DNA of 64,000 nucleotides from Gemmatimonadales bacterium (lineage in GTDB: Bacteria > Gemmatimonadota > Gemmatimonadetes > Gemmatimonadales > JACORV01): the NCBI GenBank assembly GCA_030697825.1, contig JAUYOW010000049.1:12221-76220 (forward strand). Reading direction: 5' to 3'. Under the pieces are notes generated by a model, which saw nothing but the letters and a program-made list of their open reading frames with translations, did no database searches and had not been told where the DNA came from. How positions within the stretch are numbered: position 1 is the stretch's first letter; each line of letters starts with the position of its first letter. The position numbers and the translations under genes were made by a program. Positions 8,551 to 19,193 of the stretch are shown piece by piece.

Positions 8551-11189
8551 GCCGGCGCCGTGTCGCGGGACTCCTCGTCGTCGCCGTCCTCGTCACGCTG
8601 TTCGGGGGCCGGTGGGTGGCGCTCCGGTACACCGAGCATGCCTGGTATTCCGACCTAGGCCTCGCCCGTCAATTCTGGGTGCTGCTGCTTCGGGCGGCAG
8701 GATGGCAGCTCGGCGTCGTCCTCGCGGCGACGGGGTGGTACGCGGCGCACACCCTCGGCGTGTATCGCTCGATCGGGTCGGTCCACCTCCCGCGCCGCGT
8801 AGGTAACCTCGAGATCGCCGAGCAAGTGCCGCGTCACCTCCTCCGTCTGGTCGCGCTCGGCGTCGCGCTCCTCCTCGGCGTCGCCACCGCCTACAGCTTC
8901 TCCGACGTTGATCACCTCGTCGCACTCTACCGCCACGCGGTCCCGCTAGGGTTCACCGAGCCCGTACTCCAGCGCGACGCGTCGTTCTATCTCGCCCGGC
9001 TCCCGCTGCTCGAGACCCTGAACATGCTGGCGGCGATCTCGGTGCTGCTGGCGAGCGCACTCACGGTGGGACTCTACGCGCTCACCGGCAACCTGTCGGT
9101 CGCGCAGCGCCGGCTGCGGATCACCCCGCACGCGCGCACTCACGTGATCCTGCTCATGACCGTCACCGCGCTCGTGGTGGCCTGGGCGTTCCATCTCGAC
9201 GCCTACCAACTCGTCGGCGGGGGCGGTTCCGTGCAGGGGGCGCTTTCGGCCGTGGACCGCGCCATCCGGATCCCCGCGTCCACGTCGCTTGCCATCATCG
9301 CGCTGATCGTCGCGGCGGGCACGGTGTCGGCCCTGCGATGGATGCGCCCCGGCGTCCTGATCGGCCTGTGGGCTACGCTCGTCGCGGCCTCGCTCCTGGG
9401 TCGTTTCGTCGTGCCGTTCCTCGCCGAAGGGTGGGGCGCGCCGGGTGGACCAGGGGTCGCGCAGGCGCTTGCCAGCTACGCGGACGGTTACTCACGGGTC
9501 GGGTTCGGGTTGCTGGAGGTGCGCGGAAAGGCACTCCCGGCGACGCCCGAGCTGACGCCCGAGAGCGCCGGCCGCCTCGCCGCCGAGCTGGAGGGCGTCT
9601 CGCCGTGGAGCGGAGAGCCGGGGATACTGGAGGCGCTGGTCTCTGCCTCCGCACCGGCGGACACGGCGCGGGTGCAGGCGTGGACCGTGAGCGTGGGGCG
9701 GCTTGCTGGGGCGTCGGGCGCAGAGTGGCTTGCCGCGCTGGCCGTCCCTCAGACCGACCCGCTCCGCGCCGCGCGGCTCACGCCGAGGCCGCGCTGGGCG
9801 GCGCTCCACCGCGGCGCCCTGGCATGGGGCGGGGAGCCGATAGCGTTGAACGCCGGTGGGGGCGGTTCCCGAAACCTTGCGTCGCTGGATCCCCTGGACA
9901 CGGCGTCGGGAGCGGTGCCCGTGGCGCGCGCCCCGGGCCGCATCCGCTTCCTGCCGCGCGCGGCCGAGCTGGGCGTCGTCGGCCCCGACGAGGGGACGGT
10001 TCTCGAGCCGCCGCCCGGCCTTCTGCTGGGAACCTTCGTGCGGCGACTCCTCTTCGCTTGGGCGTTGCAAGCGCCGCCCTTGCTCGACGACCACACCAGC
10101 GCCGCCGATCGAGTGATCTTCTGGCGCGATGTGCCCTCGCGTCTCGCCCGGCTCTATCCTTTTGCGGCGTTCGACGCACCGCGGGCCGCCCTGGTGGGGG
10201 GAAGGCTCGTGTGGATCGTGGACGGATATCTAGCGTCTTCCCGGTTCCCGCTCGGCGAGTACGTCCGCTGGCACGGTGACAACGTCAATTTCCTGACCGC
10301 CCCGTACGTAGTGACTGTGGACGCCGTGACCGGCTCCACTCGCCTCTACCTGCGCGGGACCGGGCTCGCCTTCGCCGCCGAAGTGGCTCGCGGCGAGGGC
10401 ACGGAGGCGCTCCCGAGCGATAGCATGAGCGCCGACCTGCGCCGGCGCCTGGACTACCCTCTCGGGTTGTTCGGAGCGCAGGCCGCGATGCTGGCGCGTC
10501 GGGGTGACGACAGCGCCCGCGGCGAGCGCCGCTGGGCTCTCGCCGCACGAGACAGCGGCGTGGCGTCCGCCGGCGACGCGGCACTGCTCCGGCCGGCGGT
10601 CGCGCTGCTGGCTCTCGGTGAGGCCGAGCGCCGGCTGTGGTATCTCCTGCCGCTCACCGACGCCGCCGGCAACCGGCTCGCCGCGATCGTCGCGGCGACC
10701 GGCGGGGAGGACGGTTCGCTCCGGCTGGAGCTGCTGCGCTTGCCCGAAGGGTTCCCCACGCCTTCGGCCGCCGCGAGCCGCCTGTCCTCGGCGCCGGCGG
10801 TCCTGGCGGCATCAGCCGCGGCCTCCGGCCCCGAAGGCGCGGTGCGCCGGGGACCGGTCTTCCCGGTACCGGCGGCAGGAACCATAGCTTACCAGCAGGT
10901 GATCTACGGCTCGACGCACCGCACCGCCAAACCTCTGAGCGTACGCGCCGTCGCCTTGGCCGTGGGCGGCCGCGTCGGCGTCGGATCGGACGCCGCCTCG
11001 GCGGCGCGGGCGCTGGAGCGCGGCGAAACGGGCGGCGGAGATTTCGGCGCCGGGATCTCGCTGGCGGTGGCACGCGCCGCATTCCTGTCGCTGGATTCCG
11101 CGGTCCGGCGCGCCGATTGGGCTGAGTTCGCGCGGGCATATGCGGTCCTTCGCCGTGCGCTCGGGGTGGGCGTCGGGGAGCGGCCTTGA
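8547..11189 (+). CDS. UPF0182 family large membrane protein
   Basis: ATG 8547 overlaps the upstream stop (ATGA). N-terminal multi-TM region beginning RYTEHAWYSDLGL, and the family-typical GGRLVWIVDGYLASSRFPL block. 880 aa. The ORF start at 8016 is rejected. Confidence 0.75.
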   Translation: MSRRRVAGLLVVAVLVTLFGGRWVALRYTEHAWYSDLGLARQFWVLLLRAAGWQLGVVLAATGWYAAHTLGVYRSIGSVHLPRRVGNLEIAEQVPRHLLRLVALGVALLLGVATAYSFSDVDHLVALYRHAVPLGFTEPVLQRDASFYLARLPLLETLNMLAAISVLLASALTVGLYALTGNLSVAQRRLRITPHARTHVILLMTVTALVVAWAFHLDAYQLVGGGGSVQGALSAVDRAIRIPASTSLAIIALIVAAGTVSALRWMRPGVLIGLWATLVAASLLGRFVVPFLAEGWGAPGGPGVAQALASYADGYSRVGFGLLEVRGKALPATPELTPESAGRLAAELEGVSPWSGEPGILEALVSASAPADTARVQAWTVSVGRLAGASGAEWLAALAVPQTDPLRAARLTPRPRWAALHRGALAWGGEPIALNAGGGGSRNLASLDPLDTASGAVPVARAPGRIRFLPRAAELGVVGPDEGTVLEPPPGLLLGTFVRRLLFAWALQAPPLLDDHTSAADRVIFWRDVPSRLARLYPFAAFDAPRAALVGGRLVWIVDGYLASSRFPLGEYVRWHGDNVNFLTAPYVVTVDAVTGSTRLYLRGTGLAFAAEVARGEGTEALPSDSMSADLRRRLDYPLGLFGAQAAMLARRGDDSARGERRWALAARDSGVASAGDAALLRPAVALLALGEAERRLWYLLPLTDAAGNRLAAIVAATGGEDGSLRLELLRLPEGFPTPSAAASRLSSAPAVLAASAAASGPEGAVRRGPVFPVPAAGTIAYQQVIYGSTHRTAKPLSVRAVALAVGGRVGVGSDAASAARALERGETGGGDFGAGISLAVARAAFLSLDSAVRRADWAEFARAYAVLRRALGVGVGERP

Positions 11190-11232
11190 ACGCCATGGGG
11201 TGCGGCCCTACTTTGCGCCGCCGGACCAGCCC

Positions 11233-12183
11233 ATGACGGAGCGAACGGTCGTGATCGCCCTCGGCGGCAATGCCCTGGCGCCAGCCGGCGAGCGGCCGAC
11301 CATCGCCACCCAGTTCCGCCACACCCGCGAGAGCCTGGCGCCGGTGGTGACACTGGCGCGGGACGGCTGGCGCATCGCCGTGGTGCACGGCAACGGCCCG
11401 CAGGTCGGCGACTCGCTCGCGCGCAACGAGATCGCGGCCGGCGACGTCGAGCCATTGCCGCTGGGAGTGCTGGTGGCTGAGACCGCCGGTTGGATCGGCT
11501 ACATGATCCAGCAGTCGCTCCGGAACGCGCTCGACCGGGCCGGCATCGACCGCGACGTCGTCACTGTGATCACCCAGACGGTCGTGGAGGCGGACGACCC
11601 GCTGCTCCGCAAGGCGACGAAGCCCATCGGGCACCCGCTACCGCCCGAAAGGCTCGCGGAGCTGAAGCGACGCGGTGTCCCGGTGGGGTCCGGCGGCGGC
11701 GAAGGGTGGCGCCGGCTGACGTCGAGTCCGGTGCCGATCGGCGTGGTGGAGAGCGAGGTGGTGCGGCGCCTGATGGAGGCGGGGACGATCGTGATCGCCG
11801 CGGGGGGCGGCGGCCCGCCGGTCTACCGCGACGCTTCGCTCGGGTGGGAAGGGGTGGACGCTGTGGTGGACAAGGATCGCACGGCGGCGATCCTGGCCCG
11901 CGGGCTGGGGGCCGAGTTCCTGCTCATCCTCACCAACGTGGACGCCGTGTACCGCGACTTCGGCACCGATCGCGCCCGCCCGGTCCGGCGCATGACGATC
12001 GGTGAAGCCGAGGCGATGCTGGCGTCCGGAGTGTTCGGTGAAGGCAGCATGGGGCCGAAGGTGGAGGCCGCGCTCGCGTTCGTGCGAGGCGGGGGCGGGC
12101 GGGCGGTGATCGCGGAGCTGGGCGCCGGTCCCGCGGCGATGCGTGGCGAAGCGGGGACAACGATCATGGCCGAGGGCCGATGA
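11233..12183 (+). CDS. arcC: carbamate kinase
   Basis: VVIALGGNALAPAG and VVHGNGPQVG motifs of the amino-acid-kinase fold / carbamate kinase. 316 aa. Confidence 0.82.
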   Translation: MTERTVVIALGGNALAPAGERPTIATQFRHTRESLAPVVTLARDGWRIAVVHGNGPQVGDSLARNEIAAGDVEPLPLGVLVAETAGWIGYMIQQSLRNALDRAGIDRDVVTVITQTVVEADDPLLRKATKPIGHPLPPERLAELKRRGVPVGSGGGEGWRRLTSSPVPIGVVESEVVRRLMEAGTIVIAAGGGGPPVYRDASLGWEGVDAVVDKDRTAAILARGLGAEFLLILTNVDAVYRDFGTDRARPVRRMTIGEAEAMLASGVFGEGSMGPKVEAALAFVRGGGGRAVIAELGAGPAAMRGEAGTTIMAEGR

Positions 12184-13328
12184 ACTTGCACGAGTATCAG
12201 GCGCGCGAGCTGTTGAGGCGGGCGGGGATCCCGGTACCGCCGGACGGAGTCGCGACGACAGCAAGGGAAGCCAGGCAGGTCGCCGAACGGCTCGGCGCCG
12301 GCCGGGTCGTGGTCAAGGCGCAGGTCCACGCTGGAGGGCGAGGCAAGGCGGGGGGCGTCAAGCTCGCTTCATCGCCGGAAGAGGCGGAACAGGTCGCGGC
12401 GAAGATCCTCGGCATGACGATCAAGGGCCTGACGGTCCACCGGGTGTTGATCGCCCCGGCCGCCGAGATCGCCAGCGAGGCGTACGTGGGCGTGATAGTG
12501 GACCGTGCCTCGCAGTCGCCGGTGTTCATGGTTAGCCCCGCGGGCGGGATCGACATCGAGGAAGTGGCAGCCACCACCCCGGAGAAAATCTTCCGCTGTC
12601 GCGTGGACGCCCGTTACGGACTCCTTCCGCACCAGGCGCTGGGCCTGGCGTTCCGCCTGTACGGCGACGTCGGCATGGCGAGACAGGCGGCCGACATCCT
12701 GGGGAAGCTCTACCGCGCCTTCGTGGACGCCGGCGCCTCCCTCGCGGAGATCAACCCGCTGGTGAAGACGCCCGGTGGCGAAATCGTGGCGCTGGACGCC
12801 AAGATCGCCGTGGACGACAACGAACTGGACCGGCGGCCCGAGATCTCCGCGCTGCGCGACTCGACCGCCGAAGAGCCGTCGGAGGTCCAGGCGCGCGAGG
12901 CCAGCCTCACCTACATCAAGCTCGACGGCGATGTAGGCTGTGTGGTCAACGGCGCCGGACTCGCGATGGCCACCATGGACCTGGTGAAGTACTACGGTGG
13001 AGAGCCCGCTAACTTCCTCGACATCGGCGGGTCTTCCAACCCCGAGAAGGTCGTGAGCGCGCTCCGCATCATCACCGCCGACCGCCACGTGAAGGCCATC
13101 CTCTTCAACATCTTCGGCGGGATCACCCGCTGCGACGACGTGGCCAACGGCATCGTCACGGCTACGAAGCAGTTCAAGGTTGACCGCCCCATCGTGATAC
13201 GCCTGACGGGCACCAACGAGAAGGAAGCGATCGCGATCCTGAACGGCGCCGGCATGAAGGCGCTGACCGACATGGACGAAGCGGTGAAGCAGGCCGTGGC
13301 GCTCGCGAAGGGAGCGGCGGCCGCGTGA
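12180..13328 (+). CDS. sucC: succinyl-CoA synthetase beta subunit
   Basis: [13 protein letters not shown]-terminus and [19 protein letters not shown]-grasp motif. ATGA overlap with arcC. Confidence 0.95.
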   Translation: MNLHEYQARELLRRAGIPVPPDGVATTAREARQVAERLGAGRVVVKAQVHAGGRGKAGGVKLASSPEEAEQVAAKILGMTIKGLTVHRVLIAPAAEIASEAYVGVIVDRASQSPVFMVSPAGGIDIEEVAATTPEKIFRCRVDARYGLLPHQALGLAFRLYGDVGMARQAADILGKLYRAFVDAGASLAEINPLVKTPGGEIVALDAKIAVDDNELDRRPEISALRDSTAEEPSEVQAREASLTYIKLDGDVGCVVNGAGLAMATMDLVKYYGGEPANFLDIGGSSNPEKVVSALRIITADRHVKAILFNIFGGITRCDDVANGIVTATKQFKVDRPIVIRLTGTNEKEAIAILNGAGMKALTDMDEAVKQAVALAKGAAAA

Positions 13329-14194
13329 GCGTGTTCGTCAACGAGAAGACCCGCCTGGTGGTGCAGGGCATCACCGGCCGCGACGGTTCCTTCCACACCA
13401 AGCAGATGATCGCCTACGGCACGCGGGTGGTGGCCGGCGTGACACCGGGCAAGGGCGGGCAGCGGTTCGAGGGCACGGTCCCGATCTTCAACACGGTCGC
13501 GGAAGCGGTAACCGAAACGGGCGCCAACACCTCCGTGATCTACGTGCCCGCGAAGTTCGCCGCCGACGCGGTCTTCGAGGCGGCCGACGCCGGGATCGGG
13601 CTCGTGGTATGCATCAGCGAGGGCGTCCCGGTCCTCGACATGACGCGCGTGTACCCGTACGTGAAGGAGCGGGGCGCGCGGCTCATCGGCCCGAACTGTC
13701 CCGGCCTCATCACGCCGGGCGTCGCGAAGGTAGGCATCATCCCCGGGCAGATCTGCGCGCCCGGCCCGATCGGCGTCGTGTCGCGCTCGGGTACGCTCAC
13801 CTACGAGGTGGTCTACCAGTTGACGCGCGCGGGCCTCGGCCAGACCACCTGCATCGGCATCGGCGGCGACCCGATCATCGGCACCAACTTCATCGACTGC
13901 CTCGAGGCCTTCCAGGCCGATCCGGCCACGACGGCGGTCGTGATGATCGGAGAGATCGGCGGCACCGACGAGCAGCTGGCCGCCGACTTCGTCAAGGCGA
14001 AGATGACCAAGCCCGTAGTGGGCTTCATCGCCGGGCAGACGGCTCCGCCGGGGCGCCGGATGGGCCATGCCGGCGCGATCATCTCCGGTTCCTCAGGCAC
14101 CGCGGCCGAGAAGATGACGTCCTTCGAGCGCGCGGGGATCTCCGTGATGAAGCGGCCCGCCGACGTGGTGCCGTTGCTGAACGAGCGCCTGTGA
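13325..14194 (+). CDS. sucD: succinyl-CoA synthetase alpha subunit
   Basis: [13 protein letters not shown] and phosphohistidine loop [14 protein letters not shown] overlap with sucC. Confidence 0.95.
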   Translation: MSVFVNEKTRLVVQGITGRDGSFHTKQMIAYGTRVVAGVTPGKGGQRFEGTVPIFNTVAEAVTETGANTSVIYVPAKFAADAVFEAADAGIGLVVCISEGVPVLDMTRVYPYVKERGARLIGPNCPGLITPGVAKVGIIPGQICAPGPIGVVSRSGTLTYEVVYQLTRAGLGQTTCIGIGGDPIIGTNFIDCLEAFQADPATTAVVMIGEIGGTDEQLAADFVKAKMTKPVVGFIAGQTAPPGRRMGHAGAIISGSSGTAAEKMTSFERAGISVMKRPADVVPLLNERL

Positions 14195-15105
14195 ACCTCG
14201 GCGAGCTGCTGGATGCGAATCGGCTGATCGTGCCCCTCAAGGCACGCAACGTCCGCGACGCGACGACCCAGCTCGCGCAGACGCTGGTACGTTCCGGCGC
14301 CGTCGCCGACGAGGCGCGGCTCAAGGAGCTGCTGAAGAGCGAGTGGCCGGAGGACATCGTGTCGGTGGGCGGGAGGGCGTTCCTCCCCCACTTCCGCACC
14401 GACGCGGCGCGCTCGCTGGCGCTCGCGCTCGGCGTGTCCGCCACGCCGCTCTGCCTGGGCGACGACCCCAACCGGTGCGCGCGCGTGATCGTGCTGATCG
14501 TAGCGCCGACGGCGGAGTCGTCCGCGTACCTTCGGGCGATGGCCGCCGTCGCCCGGGTCCTCTCGTCGGACGAAGTGCTCGACGGGCTGCACCGCGCGAC
14601 CGGCCCGGCAGAGGTCCTTGCCCTCCCGGGTCTGGGCGGTGCGTTGGTGCCGAGCGACGTCGCCGTGCGCGACGTCATGACGGCCGGCGTCACCCACGTG
14701 ACGCCGGACATGAAGCTGCGCGATGCGGCCCAGGTGCTGTTGCGACGAGGCGTGAGCGCGGTCCCGGTGACCGGCCCGGGCGGCGAGGTGGTGGGCATGC
14801 TCACCGACCAGCACTTGATGCGCTATCTGCTGCCGCAGACCGTGAGCCAACTGAGCACCGGCCAGATGCGCGCCGTGAAGCGGCGCGCGAAGGGCGCGGC
14901 TGCGGGTGTCGTCGAGCCGGGCGACGTTCCGGTTCGAGACGTGATGGAGCGAACCGTGATGTGCCTCGCGGAGGACCAGACGATCGCCGACGTCGCGGCG
15001 CTCATGCTGTCGAAGGAGTTGGACCGTTTTCCCGTCACCCGCGACGGGGCCCTGGTGGGCTTCCTCACCCGGGGTGACATCGTTCGCAAATTGCTGGGAG
15101 CTTGA
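14191..15105 (+). CDS. PTS EIIA(Ntr)-like (EIIA type 2) domain fused to a CBS pair
   Basis: GTG 14191 overlaps the sucD stop. The N-terminal ~150 aa resemble PtsN, including the VGGRAFLPH His loop. They are followed by two CBS repeats ([16 protein letters not shown].., [16 protein letters not shown]..). Confidence 0.75.
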   Translation: MNLGELLDANRLIVPLKARNVRDATTQLAQTLVRSGAVADEARLKELLKSEWPEDIVSVGGRAFLPHFRTDAARSLALALGVSATPLCLGDDPNRCARVIVLIVAPTAESSAYLRAMAAVARVLSSDEVLDGLHRATGPAEVLALPGLGGALVPSDVAVRDVMTAGVTHVTPDMKLRDAAQVLLRRGVSAVPVTGPGGEVVGMLTDQHLMRYLLPQTVSQLSTGQMRAVKRRAKGAAAGVVEPGDVPVRDVMERTVMCLAEDQTIADVAALMLSKELDRFPVTRDGALVGFLTRGDIVRKLLGA

Positions 15106-15522
15106 ATGCTGACTCTGGCGATCATCAAACCGGACGCCGTGGCCGCCGGCAAGGCCGGCAAGGTACTGGCGCACCTCGAACAGTCGGGCTTCGCGATCCG
15201 CGCGGCCACCTTCATCCAGCTCACCACCGCCCAGGCCGAGGCGTTCTACGCCGTCCATCGGGACCGCCCGTTCTTCCGGCCCCTGGTGACCTTCATGACG
15301 TCGGGCCCCTGCATGCCCCTCGCGCTCGAACGGGATGACGCAGTGCTCAAGCTGCGGGAGGTCATCGGCGCGACCGACCCGAAAGAGGCGGCCCCCGGCA
15401 CCGTTCGGGCCCTCTTAGCCGAATCGAAGGAGCGGAACGCGATCCACGCCTCCGACAGCGAGGATAACGCCAGGTGGGAGGTCGGTTTTTTCTTCGCCGA
15501 GGCCGCGCTGATCAACACCTAG
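15106..15522 (+). CDS. ndk: nucleoside diphosphate kinase
   Basis: TLAIIKPDAV and catalytic His motif NAIHASDS. 138 aa. Starts the base after the preceding stop. Confidence 0.95.
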   Translation: MLTLAIIKPDAVAAGKAGKVLAHLEQSGFAIRAATFIQLTTAQAEAFYAVHRDRPFFRPLVTFMTSGPCMPLALERDDAVLKLREVIGATDPKEAAPGTVRALLAESKERNAIHASDSEDNARWEVGFFFAEAALINT

Positions 15523-15556
15523 CAGTCTTAATGCCAACGGGTTAGCTTCACCGGCT

Positions 15557-16078
15557 ATGTTGCGCGTCGACCTCGCTGACGTGCGGGTCGGTGCGGCGGA
15601 AACCGTCGGTCGGCTTGCCGATGATGACCCCGTGCTGGCCGAAGTTGGGCCGGACATCGCCCTGGTCGCCCCGGTTCTGGTGAAGGGGAGGCTGAGCGCT
15701 GCCGGAGAAGGGAAGTATTACTGGCGCGCCAGGCTGGAGACGGCCGTGCGCGCCCCATGCCGTCGTTGTCTGAATCCGGTGGACGTGCCCCTGGAGGCGT
15801 CCCTGGCCATCGTTTTTGTCCCCGAGGACGAGGCCGCCGAGGACGACGGGTGCTACGTCATCCCGGCCCGGGCCAAGACGCTGGATTTGACGGAAGTGGT
15901 GCGGGAGGAGTTGATTCTGACGCTCCCGCACTTTGTGGAGTGCCGGCCCGATTGCCGCGGGCTGTGTCCGAAATGCGGCGCCAACCTGAACGACGGTCCG
16001 TGTGGCTGCGCGCCCGCGGGTGATCCGCGGTGGGACGCATTGCACGCGCTGACAAAACCCGAACGAAAGAACCACTGA
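15557..16078 (+). CDS. yceD: YceD/DUF177 family protein (23S rRNA accumulation protein)
   Basis: Cys motifs CRRCLNPV and [23 protein letters not shown]. Conserved position directly upstream of rpmF-plsX. Confidence 0.85.
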   Translation: MLRVDLADVRVGAAETVGRLADDDPVLAEVGPDIALVAPVLVKGRLSAAGEGKYYWRARLETAVRAPCRRCLNPVDVPLEASLAIVFVPEDEAAEDDGCYVIPARAKTLDLTEVVREELILTLPHFVECRPDCRGLCPKCGANLNDGPCGCAPAGDPRWDALHALTKPERKNH

Positions 16079-16085
16079 GGCGATC

Positions 16086-16265
16086 ATGGCTGTTCCCAAG
16101 AGACGGACCTCCAAATCGAAGAAGCGCATGCGCCGAACGCACTACAAGGCCAAGGCGCCCACCCTGTCGCCCTGCCCGAAGTGCGGCGAGGCGCGCCGCC
16201 CCCACTACGTTTGCGGGAACTGCGGCTTCTACAACGGCGAGAAAAGGCTGGAGATCGAGGACTGA
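16086..16265 (+). CDS. rpmF: 50S ribosomal protein L32
   Basis: Not in the ORF track (59 aa). Read from sequence as [59 protein letters not shown]. Confidence 0.92.
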   Translation: MAVPKRRTSKSKKRMRRTHYKAKAPTLSPCPKCGEARRPHYVCGNCGFYNGEKRLEIED

Positions 16266-16270
16266 CTGGC

Positions 16271-17275
16271 GTGATCCGGGTCGCTATCGACGCGATGGGC
16301 GGGGACCACGCCCCCGCAGCGCCGGTTTCCGGCGCCGCGCTGGCGCTTTGTGAGGTCCCCGGCGACTTCGTGATCCAACTGGTCGGCCGGCCCGAAGCGA
16401 TAGAGGCCGAACTGACCAAGCAGCACGTCGACCACTCCCGGATAGAGGTGGTGGACGCCCCTGAAGTGATCGGGATGGCGGAGAAGCCACTTCAGGCCGT
16501 GCGCAGCAAGCGCAAGTCCTCTATAGCGTTAGGTCTTTCCCTCCAGAAAGAGGGGAAGTCGGATGCCTTCATCAGCGCTGGAAACACCGGCGCCGTGATG
16601 GCGGCATCCACCCTCATTCTCAAGCTTTATCCCGGCTTCGAGCGCCCCGCCATCGGGACACCGTTCCCGACCTCCGACAGGATCGTCCTGGTCCTGGACG
16701 GCGGCGCCAACGTGGATTGCTCCCCGCAGGAGCTGGTCGGCTTCGCCCACCTGGGTGTGCTCTACGCGCGCGACGTGATGGGGAAGGCCGATCCGGCCGT
16801 GGGTCTGCTGAACATCGGCGAAGAGGAAGAGAAGGGAAACGTCGCCACGAAGGAGGCGCACCGCCTGCTTACAGAGAGCGGACTCAGGTTCGTCGGGAAC
16901 ATCGAGGGAGACGACATCCTTCTCGGCAAGTGCGAGAAGGGCGAATTCGACGTGGTGGTGTGCGACGGGTTCGTGGGCAACGTGCTGCTCAAGTTCTACG
17001 AGTCGGTAGCCAAGCTCTTCCACCAGCTGGTGATCAGGGATTTGGGCGCCGAGGTCGCGGGCGGCGACGCGATGAAGCGGATATGGCACTCGCTCGACTA
17101 CGCCCAGTACGGGGGCGCCCCGCTGTTGGGCGTCAAGGGCGTTTCGATCATCTGCCACGGGCGCTCGTCTCCCGCGGCGTTCAAGGCCGCGGTAAAGGTC
17201 GGCGTGGAGGCCGCCCGGCACCACCTGGTCCAGCACATGACGAGCGAGTTCTCCGCGGGGAGCCTGGCGAGGTGA
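16271..17275 (+). CDS. plsX: phosphate acyltransferase PlsX
   Basis: GTG 16271. N-terminus IRVAIDAMGGDHAP. The ORF start at 16181 overlaps rpmF and is rejected. Confidence 0.92.
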   Translation: MIRVAIDAMGGDHAPAAPVSGAALALCEVPGDFVIQLVGRPEAIEAELTKQHVDHSRIEVVDAPEVIGMAEKPLQAVRSKRKSSIALGLSLQKEGKSDAFISAGNTGAVMAASTLILKLYPGFERPAIGTPFPTSDRIVLVLDGGANVDCSPQELVGFAHLGVLYARDVMGKADPAVGLLNIGEEEEKGNVATKEAHRLLTESGLRFVGNIEGDDILLGKCEKGEFDVVVCDGFVGNVLLKFYESVAKLFHQLVIRDLGAEVAGGDAMKRIWHSLDYAQYGGAPLLGVKGVSIICHGRSSPAAFKAAVKVGVEAARHHLVQHMTSEFSAGSLAR

Positions 17276-18258
17276 AACGGCCCATCGCCGCGTTCGCTGG
17301 CCTGGGCACGTACAGCCCGGAGCGGGTCCTGACCAACGCCGACTTCGAGAAGATGCTGGACACGTCGGACACGTGGATCCGCGAGCGGACCGGCATCCGG
17401 GAACGGCACATCGCGGAACCCGACCAGACCACGGCGCTCATGGCGCGCGACGCCAGCCTCCAGGCGATGACGGAAGCGGGCCTGGGGCCGGAAGACATCG
17501 ACACCATTATCCTTGCCACCGCGACGCCGGACCGCCTGCTGCCGTCGGTGGCGTGCGACCTCCAGGCGCTGCTCGGCGCGAAGAACGCCACCGCTTTCGA
17601 CATCTCGGCTGCGTGTTCGGGTTGGGTCTACGGCTTGGTGGTCGGCGAGGCGATGATCGCCGCGGGCACGGGCGAGCGCGTGCTCGTCCTCGGCGCCGAA
17701 AAGCTGAGCGCTATCACCGACTACACGGACCGCTCGACGGCCGTGCTCTTCGGGGACGGGGCGGGCGCGGCGGTGCTGACCAAGGCTACCGGAGACCGCG
17801 GAATCCTCTCGAACTATCTCAGGACCGACGGCACCCTCGCGGAGCTGCTGTGGCGCCCGGGCGGCGGCACGATCCACCCTCCCAGCGAGGAGATGATCAA
17901 GGACCACAGCTACTTCATCAAGATGGCGGGCCGGGAAGTCTTCAAGAACGCGGTGCGTTCGATGGCGGACGCGGCCGGCAAGGCACTGGAGCGCGCCGGG
18001 CTGACCGGCGACGACGTAGACCTCCTGGTCCCGCACCAGGCCAACATCCGCATCATCGAGGCCACTGCCGAGCACGCGCACATCCCGAAGGAGCGCGTCT
18101 ACGTCAACGTGGACCGATACGGCAACACCAGCTCCGCGTCCATCCCGAACGCGCTCTCCGAGGCCCGCACGTGCGGCCGGCTCGAGCCCGGGATGGTCGT
18201 GCTGCTGGTCACTTTCGGCGCCGGGTTCACTTGGGGATCGCTCGTTCTCCGGTGGTGA
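17272..18258 (+). CDS. fabH: 3-oxoacyl-ACP synthase III
   Basis: GTGA overlap with plsX. DTSDTWIRERTGIRERH, and the active-site Cys in DISAACSGWVYGL. Confidence 0.93.
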   Translation: MKRPIAAFAGLGTYSPERVLTNADFEKMLDTSDTWIRERTGIRERHIAEPDQTTALMARDASLQAMTEAGLGPEDIDTIILATATPDRLLPSVACDLQALLGAKNATAFDISAACSGWVYGLVVGEAMIAAGTGERVLVLGAEKLSAITDYTDRSTAVLFGDGAGAAVLTKATGDRGILSNYLRTDGTLAELLWRPGGGTIHPPSEEMIKDHSYFIKMAGREVFKNAVRSMADAAGKALERAGLTGDDVDLLVPHQANIRIIEATAEHAHIPKERVYVNVDRYGNTSSASIPNALSEARTCGRLEPGMVVLLVTFGAGFTWGSLVLRW

Positions 18259-19193
18259 ACGTCGCCCTGCTGTGTCCCGGACAGGGCGCTCAGCGGGTCG
18301 GCATGGGGAAGGACCTGGCTGAGGCGTTCCCCGAGGCTCGGCAGACCTTCGAAGCCATCGACGATGCTCTCGGCTTTCGGCTGTCGGACGTGATGTGGGG
18401 AGGGCCGGAGGCCCAGCTGACGCGGACCGCCGTCGCACAGCCGGCGATCCTGGCTCATTCGGCCGCGGTGTGGGCGGTCGTGAGTCCCCGGCTCGGGCCG
18501 TCCGTTGCGGCGGCCGCCGGGCACTCCCTCGGCGAGTACAGCGCCTATGTGGCCGCGGGAACCCTGGGGGTGGCGGATGGCGCGCGGCTGGTGCGCCGGC
18601 GCGGTGAGTTGATGCACCAGGCGGGGACCGCGCGGGCGGGGGCGATGGCCGCGGTGCTCGGGCTCGAGACGGAGAAGGTCGCGGCTGCTTGCCGTGAAGC
18701 GAGCGCGACCAACGGCGTGGTCGTGGCCGCCAACCTCAACGCCCCGGACCAGACCGTCATCTCCGGTGACCCTATCGCGGTGGCCCGGGCGAGCGAGCTG
18801 CTCAAGGCCGCCGGTGCGAAGCGCGTGGTGCTGCTCAAGGTGAGCGGAGCGTTCCACTCGCCGCTGATGGCTCCCGCGGCGACGGGTCTCGAAGCCGAGC
18901 TGGCGCGCGCACCGATGGCGCGGCCGTCGTTCCCCGTCGTCTCCACGGCGAGCGCTGAGCCGGTGATGAACGTGGATCTGGCGAGGCGGCTCCTGTCCGA
19001 GCAGCTCACCGCGCCGGTGCGGTGGGTCGAGTGCGTCCGGGTGCTGGCGGCGGCCGCCGGCGGCGCGCCGCGGTTCGTCGAGATCGGTCCGGGGAACGTG
19101 CTGACCGGCCTGGCCAAGCGGATCGTGAGCGGGGCGGAGACCGTGAACCTGGGTACCGCGGCGGAAGTGCGGGCGTTCCTGGAGGCGGCGTGA
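18255..19193 (+). CDS. fabD: malonyl-CoA:ACP transacylase
   Basis: [16 protein letters not shown] and the active-site motif [13 protein letters not shown] overlap with fabH. Confidence 0.93.
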   Translation: MNVALLCPGQGAQRVGMGKDLAEAFPEARQTFEAIDDALGFRLSDVMWGGPEAQLTRTAVAQPAILAHSAAVWAVVSPRLGPSVAAAAGHSLGEYSAYVAAGTLGVADGARLVRRRGELMHQAGTARAGAMAAVLGLETEKVAAACREASATNGVVVAANLNAPDQTVISGDPIAVARASELLKAAGAKRVVLLKVSGAFHSPLMAPAATGLEAELARAPMARPSFPVVSTASAEPVMNVDLARRLLSEQLTAPVRWVECVRVLAAAAGGAPRFVEIGPGNVLTGLAKRIVSGAETVNLGTAAEVRAFLEAA

